Made by a program: the position numbers and the translations under genes
Source of the DNA: Zymomonas mobilis subsp. mobilis ATCC 10988
GTDB taxonomy: Bacteria > Pseudomonadota > Alphaproteobacteria > Sphingomonadales > Sphingomonadaceae
Assembly (NCBI RefSeq): GCF_000175255.2
Contig: NC_017262.1
Location: 360,001-392,000 of the forward strand
Reading direction: 5' to 3'
DNA length: 32,000 bases
Part shown: positions 24,607 to 32,000 of the stretch, one piece after another
Layout of the letters: every line of letters begins with the position of its first letter
How positions within the stretch are numbered: position 1 is the stretch's first letter
Notes under the pieces: model-generated
Told to the model about the DNA's origin: nothing
The model's input: only the letters and a program-made list of their open reading frames with translations
The model's database searches: none

Positions 24607-25728
24607 TCAAGAGGCGGGTATATGATCGCGATACTGATCCCAATGGGAGGCTATCTCGCTCACAACCTTGTTCCCAACGGTAAAGGCGGCATCCAAAGCC
24701 GACTGCATGCCAGAAAGCTCACTGCCTTCATGCGCCAAACTCGCAGCAGCATTACTGCCGCTTGGCTGGAATGTATAATTGGCACCCGTTCGTAACATCA
24801 TGACCCGATTATAATCGGCACGGCCTTCTTTAGATAAAACAGCAATGGCTCTCGCAATACCGCTATCTTCCATGCCGGTCATCACAAAATTTCCACTGCC
24901 ATCCGTCCAATAAGACACCCATTTTTCGATATGGCTATTTGATAAAACGCCATGCCAAAAAGCCTGCCCTGTTGCCTCGTCACCTTTGACAATTTCAGGC
25001 GGGCGCAGTGCGGCTTTATAGGCGGGATAGCCTGATCTTATTTTTTGCAAGGTGGCATTATCCGGCAAGGTTATTTGTGCGGTTTGCTGATAAGCCCAAT
25101 TCTGCAAGCCTTTATTCAAGGCAAAAAGATTATGTGAATTATCGGGGCGCGGGGTTTCATAAGGCCGCTTTTTATCCCAAGGGATTGATCCGGTTGACCA
25201 ATCAGACGGCATCTCTCTGGGGTCGATCCAATAGCTGAAATCGCTATCAACGACATTACCAATCCACGCCGCGGATCCAATGCTTGACGCATTGGGATTA
25301 ACGCCCGCAATCGCTGCCACTAACCAATAAGCATGGGACAAATCAAAACGGTCATCATGTCCCAAAGCCATAACCGAAGTCGCGGCCTGCCCTGTTCCCA
25401 TGCCGGTATTGATCGCCAGAACACCCGTCTTCGGGTCAAAACGGAGATTTCTAGGCGCGGCAGGAAAATCAATTTTTTCAGGCAGGATATTCGCCCAAGC
25501 CTGAAATTCTCCTGCTTTGTCGCCTTGGTCTTCTCCGATTTCAAAAGCAGTCAGAACAACCACCCGAACCGGAATTTTTACTTGTGGACAGGGACAGGCT
25601 TTCTTTTCAGAAATCACCTTTTTCGGGACAACCACGCCACCGCTTTTCCCAGCTGCCATAGCCGGCGCATAGAATAAAGCCAGCCCCCCTAAAAGGGCGG
25701 CTATTTTTTTATATCGGCTTATTTTCAT
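24607..25728 (-). CDS. NUP-family 'purine nucleoside permease' homologue; predicted exported soluble protein with nucleoside phosphorylase/nucleosidase-like motifs
   Basis: Start set at ATG 25728 (MKISRYKKIAALLGGLALFYAPAMA|AGK), 4 nt after the upstream stop. There are no further hydrophobic helices. NTGMGTGQAATSVMAL, GMEDSGIARA and MLRTGANY resemble the MTAN/PNP motifs SGIGKVAAA, EMEATAIA and RAISD. Confidence 0.8.
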   Translation of the reverse strand: MKISRYKKIAALLGGLALFYAPAMAAGKSGGVVVPKKVISEKKACPCPQVKIPVRVVVLTAFEIGEDQGDKAGEFQAWANILPEKIDFPAAPRNLRFDPKTGVLAINTGMGTGQAATSVMALGHDDRFDLSHAYWLVAAIAGVNPNASSIGSAAWIGNVVDSDFSYWIDPREMPSDWSTGSIPWDKKRPYETPRPDNSHNLFALNKGLQNWAYQQTAQITLPDNATLQKIRSGYPAYKAALRPPEIVKGDEATGQAFWHGVLSNSHIEKWVSYWTDGSGNFVMTGMEDSGIARAIAVLSKEGRADYNRVMMLRTGANYTFQPSGSNAAASLAHEGSELSGMQSALDAAFTVGNKVVSEIASHWDQYRDHIPAS

Positions 25729-25732
25729 CCCG

Positions 25733-27079
25733 TTATCCCCTCGCCAGATAAACAAAACGGCCAATAAACAAAGCCGCTAACAGACAGAGCAACCAATCGT
25801 CTTTTTTGAGCTTACCCTTGGCTATTTTCAAAGCCGTATAGGCAATAATGCCAAAAGCCAGACCATTCGCGATGGAAAAACTCAAAGGGATAACAATCAA
25901 GGTCAAAAAGGACGGCAAGGCTTCTTCGATATTATTCCAGTCAATTTCAATCAATGGAGCCATCATCAGTGACCCGACCAGAATAAGCGCGGGGGCTGTT
26001 GCTCCAATCGGAATAATCTGGGCATAGGGCGCAACCCATAACATGCACAGAAACAATAACCCCACGACAACCGCGGTTAAACCGCTTCGACCTCCGGCCT
26101 GTACCCCTGCCGCACTTTCAATATAAGATGTGACGGTAGAGGTGCCCGATAAAGCACCAACCAAGGTCGCAATCGCATCGGTTAACAGCATCCGGTTCAA
26201 ATTGGGAATAGTGCCGTCTTTATCCATTAAACCGGCTCGTTTTGTCACCGCAACCAAGGTGCCGATATTGTCGAACAGATCAACAAATAACAGGATGAAC
26301 AAAATCTCGATAATGGCCGAACCGAAATTATGACCGCGAAATAAAGCCCCCTTAATATCAAGGGCAAAGGCCGTTTTACCTAACATGGCGGGGCTATAAT
26401 CACTGCCCGAAAAATGGACAAAACCGGATAAGATACCGATGAAAGTTACGGCCAAAATACCGATCAGGATAGCCCCCCTCACCCGATAAGCCATTAAAAT
26501 AGCTGTCAGAAGAAGGCCGCCTATCGCTAACAGCGTTTGCGTATTACCGAGCGATCCCAAAGTTACCAAACTTGATGGGCTGGCCTGAATAATGCCGGCA
26601 TTTCTAAGACCGATAAAGGCAATAAAAAGCCCGATACCGCCCGCCGTTGCCGAAAAAAGAGAATGAGGAATGGCTTTGATAATCATTTGCCGAATACCGG
26701 CAAAAGTCAGAAATAGGAAAATCGCCCCTGACAGGAAAACGCATCCCAAGGCTTGTGTCCAAGGGATGCCCATCTGCCCAACAACGGTAAAGGCGAAATA
26801 GGCATTCAGCCCTAATCCGGGTGCCAAGGCCAAAGGCGTATTGGCATAAAAACCCATCAAAAGACTGGCAAATCCGGCCGCAAAACAAGTGGCAGCGGCG
26901 ACTGCGGCATAAGGCATGCCCGCCTGTGCCAAAAGGGTCGGATTGACCACAATAATATAAGCCATGGTTAAAAAGGTCGTTAAACCTGCCATGACTTCGG
27001 TGCGAATAGTTGTCCCGCGTTCTGTCAGCCTGAAATAGCGGTCAAGCCATTGTTGCATGATATCCCCCATTTCCGCCAT
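25733..27079 (-). CDS. NCS2/AzgA-type purine base permease (adenine/guanine/hypoxanthine)
   Basis: 448 aa, about 12-13 TM segments. The N-terminus FRLTERGTTIRTEVMAGLTTFLTMAYIIVVNP is diagnostic for the AzgA/PurP-like family. Alternative starts at 27070 and 27058. Confidence 0.9.
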   Translation of the reverse strand: MAEMGDIMQQWLDRYFRLTERGTTIRTEVMAGLTTFLTMAYIIVVNPTLLAQAGMPYAAVAAATCFAAGFASLLMGFYANTPLALAPGLGLNAYFAFTVVGQMGIPWTQALGCVFLSGAIFLFLTFAGIRQMIIKAIPHSLFSATAGGIGLFIAFIGLRNAGIIQASPSSLVTLGSLGNTQTLLAIGGLLLTAILMAYRVRGAILIGILAVTFIGILSGFVHFSGSDYSPAMLGKTAFALDIKGALFRGHNFGSAIIEILFILLFVDLFDNIGTLVAVTKRAGLMDKDGTIPNLNRMLLTDAIATLVGALSGTSTVTSYIESAAGVQAGGRSGLTAVVVGLLFLCMLWVAPYAQIIPIGATAPALILVGSLMMAPLIEIDWNNIEEALPSFLTLIVIPLSFSIANGLAFGIIAYTALKIAKGKLKKDDWLLCLLAALFIGRFVYLARG

Positions 27080-27272
27080 TCGTTACATTATATTGCCAAG
27101 AACTGACAGGACTTTGTCGCCTTGATCCAAAATTTTTCAAAAGAGAATGTAAAGCATTAAAAAAAGAGACAATATCTTTTAATAAATCACCACATAACAT
27201 ATTGAAAAATAAATATTTTTCTTCAAATAATTGCGGATTAAACCGATATTTCGCAATCGTTTTTGACATAAT

Positions 27273-28469
27273 TCAGGACACCAATAAACCGGCTAAGGTC
27301 GCACTCATTAAATTGGCAAGAATGGCGGCGACTAATGCTCGTCCACCCAATCGGGCAATTACAGGCCGTTGCTGCGGCACGATCCCGCCTATCACGGCCA
27401 TTTGAATGGCAATCGATGAAATATTAGCAAAACCACACAGCGCAAAAGTCACAATAGCCATGCTATGAGGAGACAAATCGGACGTTATTTGGCCAAAATG
27501 GATATAGGCAATAAACTCGTTCAGAATAACTTTTTCACCCATCAGACTACCAGCAACGCCTGACTCTGCCCAAGGCACCCCCATCAACCACATAACAGGG
27601 CGGAAAGCCGTGCCGATCAAACTTTGAAAGGTCACATCCGGCCAACCAAACCAGCCTCCAACCATCTGGCAGATTCCATTTGCCATAGCCATCAAGGCAA
27701 CAAAGGCCATGACCATTGCCCCAACAGCCACAGCCAGCTTGACCCCTTGTTGGGCGCCTTCGGCGGCGGCCATAATAATATTGGCTGATTTTTTCTGATG
27801 AGGTGCAATTTTTTCTTCAAAATCACCGGCATCGCTCAAATCGGGCATCATCATTTTGGCCATCATGATACCGGCGGGCGCTGCCATCAAATTCGCCGTT
27901 AACAGATAATCCAACCGAATACCCATCTGGGCATAAGCGGCCAATAACGTGCCGGCAATGCCACTCATCCCCGTTACCATAATGGTGAAAAGCCTTTCGG
28001 GCGGCAATTCAGCCAAATAGGGTCCCACGACCAAGGGGGATTCACTTTGTCCAACGAAAATATTGGTTGCGCAATTGATGGCTTCAATCCGCCCGATCTG
28101 GGTCAATTTCTCAATCGCCCCCCCGATCCAACGCACCAAAAACTGCATCAAGCCAAGATGATAAAAAATAGAAATCAGAGAAGAAAAAAAGATCAAAACC
28201 GGCAAAGCCTGCATCGCAAAATTATGGCCCAAAGGCGATGTCGCCAAAGGGCCAAAAAGGAAAGCCGAACCGGCTGACGCATATCCGATAAAATTATTCA
28301 CAAAGCGGGCAATCGCCGCCATCATATTTTGCCCGAAAGGGACATAAAGGATAAGAATAGCAAGGATAATCTGCGTTAAAAATGCCCCAAAGACCTGTCG
28401 CATTTTGATTTTTCGGCGGTTCGACGACAAGCCGAAAGCAACCAGAATAAGGCATAATGCGCCCATCAT
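27273..28469 (-). CDS. nupC: Concentrative nucleoside transporter, NupC family
   Basis: 398 aa. SSNRRKIKMR near the N-terminus, GQSESPL, and the C-terminal FALCGFANISSIAIQ match the NupC/CNT pattern. Confidence 0.85.
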   Translation of the reverse strand: MMGALCLILVAFGLSSNRRKIKMRQVFGAFLTQIILAILILYVPFGQNMMAAIARFVNNFIGYASAGSAFLFGPLATSPLGHNFAMQALPVLIFFSSLISIFYHLGLMQFLVRWIGGAIEKLTQIGRIEAINCATNIFVGQSESPLVVGPYLAELPPERLFTIMVTGMSGIAGTLLAAYAQMGIRLDYLLTANLMAAPAGIMMAKMMMPDLSDAGDFEEKIAPHQKKSANIIMAAAEGAQQGVKLAVAVGAMVMAFVALMAMANGICQMVGGWFGWPDVTFQSLIGTAFRPVMWLMGVPWAESGVAGSLMGEKVILNEFIAYIHFGQITSDLSPHSMAIVTFALCGFANISSIAIQMAVIGGIVPQQRPVIARLGGRALVAAILANLMSATLAGLLVS

Positions 28470-28514
28470 GCCCGTTAGACGTTCTGTAAAAATAGCCCCT
28501 ACCCCTTTAAATTA

Positions 28515-28545
28515 CCTGCCTTCGTTTCTTCTATACGAAGGCAGG
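28515..28545 (-). terminator. Hairpin downstream of emrB (weak terminator candidate)
   Basis: cctgccttcg (28515-28524) pairs with cgaaggcagg (28536-28545), a 10-bp perfect stem. Only UAAUUU follows on the minus strand. Confidence 0.4.
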
Positions 28546-28562
28546 CATCTTCGGGAAGACTG

Positions 28563-30164
28563 TTATCCCTGTTTTCCTTGCTTTTTCTTGGGCGCTGGTG
28601 CCAACCAGATCACCGAAGAAGCCACAACAAAAACCATCGTGCTGATAAAGAAAATATGGGTCGTTGATAGCGCATAAGACTGCGTATCCACCAAAGCATC
28701 GAAAAAAGCTCTGGCTTTCAGGGTATTTTGCCCACCCATTTGCAGAACGGGCAAGATGGCATTCGGGGTCGGAATGACATTGGCCAATTCATTATGCATT
28801 TTACGGGCATAATCTTCCCAAACCGTGGTTGACCAAGAGGTTCCGATAGCCCCCGCCAAAGTTCTCAAAAAGTTCATGAGACCCGCGGCAGAAGTCGTTT
28901 CTTCCGGCAACACGGAAGATAAAGCAAGGGTCGTCAACGGGACGAAGAAGAAAGGCATCCCGATACCCTGCAAAAATTGGGGAACCGCAAATATCCAATA
29001 GCTGCTATTGGTATCCCAAAAAGTGCGGAGCGCCGTGCATCCTCCCAGCCATAAAATACCGAAACTGACAAGAATACGGGCATCAACCTTACCGCTTAAC
29101 TTTGCAACGATAGGAGAAAAACATACCGCCAGAATACCCGACATAGCGGTCACAAGACCGGAATCGGTTGCGGTATAGCCCATAACACGTTGAAGCCACT
29201 GCGGAATAATCACGGCCGAAGCGAAAAACACCCCGAAACTAAAGGATAGGGACAGAACACTGATCGTAAAGCCGCGATGCCGGAAGATCTTAAGATCAAC
29301 GATCGGTTGTTTTTCGGTCAGCTCCCAAATCACGAAAACAACGAAGCCGATTGCCGCCAGAATAAGCAGGGTGACAATCATCCGGCTGCTCAACCAGTCG
29401 TGATCGTGACCAAGGTCAAGGGCAATCTGGAGACAAGCGATCCAGATAACCATGATAGTGAGGCCGCCCTTATCAATATATTCTTTCAGGGTGCGGGTTT
29501 CGACACTCCGTAACAGAGCAAAAACACCCATGGCACAGATAATCCCGATAGGAATATTGATATAGAAAATCCACGGCCACGACCAGTTATCACTTAACCA
29601 ACCACCCATAATAGGGCCAATAATTGGCGCGGTAATAGTCGTCATTGCCCAAATACCCATCGCTTGCGCATGCTGCTCTTTTCTGAACACACGCAGCAAA
29701 AGCGTTTGAGTAATTGGCATCAACGGGCCACCGAAAAAGCCCTGCAAACAACGGAAAATCAACAGAACCATCAGGCTATGCGAAAAACCGCACAAGCAAG
29801 AGAAACTGGTAAAACCAATAATCGAAATAAAGAACAAAAGCACGGTGCCAAAACGACGGGAAAGCCATCCCGTCAATGGCACACAGATAGCTTCTGCCAC
29901 CGCATAAGAGGTAATAACCCAAGTGCCTTGGGAGTTAGAAACCGCAAGGTCTCCAGCGATATGAGGCACCGAAACATTGGCAATGGTTGTATCAAGCACA
30001 ACCATAAAATTGGTCAAAGCCAGAATGATACAGGCAATGGCCTGTTTAGAACCAGACAGAAGACCTTCCGCCGAGGCGGGCTTCCTTTGATCATCGGGAG
30101 GACCAAAGGAAAAACCCGCAAAAAAGTCATGAAAGCGATGACTAATTTTTTGAAGAAAGGTCAA
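28563..30164 (-). CDS. emrB: MFS DHA2-family multidrug efflux permease (EmrB/QacA type, 14 TMS)
   Basis: 533 aa. LDTTIANVSVPHIAGDL and the overall 14-helix pattern fit the family. It overlaps the emrA stop by 23 nt. Confidence 0.9.
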   Translation of the reverse strand: MTFLQKISHRFHDFFAGFSFGPPDDQRKPASAEGLLSGSKQAIACIILALTNFMVVLDTTIANVSVPHIAGDLAVSNSQGTWVITSYAVAEAICVPLTGWLSRRFGTVLLFFISIIGFTSFSCLCGFSHSLMVLLIFRCLQGFFGGPLMPITQTLLLRVFRKEQHAQAMGIWAMTTITAPIIGPIMGGWLSDNWSWPWIFYINIPIGIICAMGVFALLRSVETRTLKEYIDKGGLTIMVIWIACLQIALDLGHDHDWLSSRMIVTLLILAAIGFVVFVIWELTEKQPIVDLKIFRHRGFTISVLSLSFSFGVFFASAVIIPQWLQRVMGYTATDSGLVTAMSGILAVCFSPIVAKLSGKVDARILVSFGILWLGGCTALRTFWDTNSSYWIFAVPQFLQGIGMPFFFVPLTTLALSSVLPEETTSAAGLMNFLRTLAGAIGTSWSTTVWEDYARKMHNELANVIPTPNAILPVLQMGGQNTLKARAFFDALVDTQSYALSTTHIFFISTMVFVVASSVIWLAPAPKKKQGKQG

Positions 30165-31356
30165 TGTCAGCCTCCATCGACAAACCCACGCGCAACGGAT
30201 GGGCTCTCAATTCCTTGGGATCAAGGGCAATACGGACAGGCAAACGCTGAACAACTTTGATCCAGTTACCCGTCGCATTCTGGGCAGGGATAAGAGAAAA
30301 GGCAGAGCCGGTGCCGCCTGAAAAACCGACGACATGACCGTGATAGACGACATCACCACCGTAAAGATCAGATTTGACCGTTGCCGTCTGGCCAACCTTG
30401 ACCTTGCCAAGCTGGGTTTCTTTGAAATTGGCATCGACATAAATCTGTTCGATCGGCACAATGGTTGCAATCGGGGTGCCGACATTGACACGCTGACCAA
30501 CCTGAACTTGCCTTTGGGTCACAACGCCTGCCATAGGGGCGCGAATTTCAAGACGACTATTGTCTAAACGCGCCTGATCCAAGGCAGCTTTGGCGGCACG
30601 AACTTGCGGGTTGGTGCTGACCGTTGTGTTTTTAATCAAAGCCTGATTGGCTTCAAAATTACCGATTGCTTCTTCTTTTGCGGCATGAGCCTGATCGACA
30701 GCAGCATGACTTTGCAACAAAGCCGCCCGTGCTTTTTCCAAAGCATTAGAAATAGCCGTCATTTCATCCCGTGACACAGCACCGGATTCAACTAAGGAAC
30801 GACGACGGTTATAGTCGGTTTCTGCCCGATGATAGGTTGACTGCGCGGACAGGTAATTGGCTTCAGCTTGCTCGACATTAGCCTGCTGCGCAACAATAGC
30901 TTGGGACAAGGCATCACTGCTAGCCGAAGTCTGTCCGAATTTTCTTTCTGCTGCTGCAAAATCAGCTTCAGCCTTTGCTAAAGAAATCTTTTGGTCATCG
31001 GGATTAAGACGAACCAGCAAATCCCCTTTTTGAACCTGTTGGGTATCGGAAACAAAGACCTGCGCGACCGGCCCCGAGACCAAGGCCATGACCTGCGCGG
31101 ATTCAGCATTAGTATAAGCGTTGTCAGTTGACGCATGACGGGAACCGACCAAGAAATACCAGATACCATAGATAATCGCGATCACGATCAGCAGAATAGC
31201 TAGAGAGCGTAACCAGCGTTTTCTATTGGATTTATTCTGTTCATCCGGCTCGGAAGCGGTATTCTGGGTAGCGTCCTGTTTATCCAATGACAGCTTGCTG
31301 TCACCCTGATCTGCGGCGGCCTGAACCGTGGTATTGTTATCTGCCATAGTTGTCAC
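30142..31356 (-). CDS. emrA: HlyD-family membrane fusion protein (EmrA type)
   Basis: 404 aa with a single N-terminal TM (LAILLIVIAIIYGIWYFLV), a long coiled-coil and lipoyl/beta-barrel segments (IRAPMAGVVTQRQVQVGQRV). Confidence 0.9.
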   Translation of the reverse strand: MTTMADNNTTVQAAADQGDSKLSLDKQDATQNTASEPDEQNKSNRKRWLRSLAILLIVIAIIYGIWYFLVGSRHASTDNAYTNAESAQVMALVSGPVAQVFVSDTQQVQKGDLLVRLNPDDQKISLAKAEADFAAAERKFGQTSASSDALSQAIVAQQANVEQAEANYLSAQSTYHRAETDYNRRRSLVESGAVSRDEMTAISNALEKARAALLQSHAAVDQAHAAKEEAIGNFEANQALIKNTTVSTNPQVRAAKAALDQARLDNSRLEIRAPMAGVVTQRQVQVGQRVNVGTPIATIVPIEQIYVDANFKETQLGKVKVGQTATVKSDLYGGDVVYHGHVVGFSGGTGSAFSLIPAQNATGNWIKVVQRLPVRIALDPKELRAHPLRVGLSMEADIDLSSKN

Positions 31357-31368
31357 TCACAAAAAAAG

Positions 31369-32000
31369 TTATGCTGCCGTAAAACCGCCACCCAAAGCCT
31401 GAATCAAAGAGACATCAAGCTGGAAGGCTCTCGCCCGAAGATCGGCGACTGCTTTTCTCAGGGTCAGGACGTTTTCCTCCCCCTGCAAAACCTCGATATA
31501 GGTCACGAGACCGCTTTTATAGCGGTTTGCTAACACATTATAGGAAAGTTCGGCATGATTAAGGGCTTGAACCGTTTGGTCAAGCTGAAGATTAAGTTGT
31601 TTTTGACTGGTTGCCGCATCAGCGACCTGCTGCAACGCCTGTGACAAGGTTTTGTCATAGCTGGCAACGGCTTCCTGATAGGTCGCCCATGCCTCGCGAT
31701 ATTGACCGGACAGGCTGCCACCTCTGAAAATAGGGAGATTAAGTGCCGCACTTGCCGCTCCCAAAGCCAGACCATGGGTAGCCATATGCTCCAAAGCGCG
31801 CGTCTGATAACCGACAATACCGTTTAGGCTGACATTGGGATAAAATTGGGTTTTTGCTACTTTGACGCGATAGCCGGCGGCTTCCGCTGTCAAACGCGCG
31901 GCCACAATATCAGGCCGCCGCCCCAAAAGATCCAAAGCCGCATTATCCGGCAAACCGACTGCCCGCAATTTCACAGATTGAGGCCGCGTGATCGCCATAC
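31369..32000 (-). CDS. Outer-membrane efflux factor (NodT/OprM family), C-terminal part; gene runs off the window
   Basis: The C-terminal sequence ...LRARAFQLDVSLIQALGGGF is typical of OMF proteins. The open frame continues to the window edge. It lies 12 nt upstream of emrA. Confidence 0.8.
   Translation of the reverse strand, partial: MAITRPQSVKLRAVGLPDNAALDLLGRRPDIVAARLTAEAAGYRVKVAKTQFYPNVSLNGIVGYQTRALEHMATHGLALGAASAALNLPIFRGGSLSGQYREAWATYQEAVASYDKTLSQALQQVADAATSQKQLNLQLDQTVQALNHAELSYNVLANRYKSGLVTYIEVLQGEENVLTLRKAVADLRARAFQLDVSLIQALGGGFTAA

Noticed and set aside
27080-27272. Purine riboswitch or PurR operator in the leader of the NCS2-NUP-deaminase operon
   Set aside because: The region is very AT-rich and lacks the conserved purine-aptamer junction sequences and any convincing 16-bp PurR-type palindrome. 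Only a weak 6-bp hairpin (ATTGCG/CGCAAT) is present.
28563-32000. emrA-emrB-OMF cluster as something unusual
   Set aside because: This is a standard tripartite MFS efflux operon (OMF, HlyD-type adaptor, DHA2 pump) with ordinary motifs. The 23-nt emrA/emrB overlap is within the normal range for coupled genes.

Overview
Chromosomal window with about 27 protein genes, one tRNA-Gly(UCC), one cobalamin riboswitch, one ROSE-like RNA thermometer and several intrinsic terminators, some of them bidirectional. Gene content and order point to an alphaproteobacterium, probably Sphingomonadales: serS-surE-LysM/M23, a ROSE-type sHSP leader, a 1-Cys DksA and hpnI-J-K-L hopanoid genes. I suspect Zymomonas but cannot verify that without a search. 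Left to right: a secreted 11-mer-repeat protein, an S10 carboxypeptidase, Hsp20, two divergent DUF465 genes, dksA, serS-surE-M23 peptidase, a compacted three-gene family-5 ABC importer, dnaN, a riboswitch-controlled btuB-like receptor with a divergent BtuF-like binding protein, an aldo/keto reductase and tRNA-Gly. A long minus-strand block follows: hpnL, hpnK, hpnJ, hpnI, adenine deaminase, NUP-family protein, NCS2 purine permease, NupC-family transporter, and emrB, emrA plus a partial outer-membrane factor. I saw no CRISPR array, IS element, integrase, phage gene or recognisable defence system. No clearly novel multi-gene system is demonstrable from sequence alone. The best candidates for follow-up are (i) the exported NUP-family protein, which looks like a periplasmic nucleosidase, within a purine-scavenging operon abutting the hopanoid side-chain genes, (ii) the binding-protein/permease fusion with an extra linker helix and a signal peptide that lacks a canonical start codon, and (iii) the periplasmic LEA-like repeat protein.
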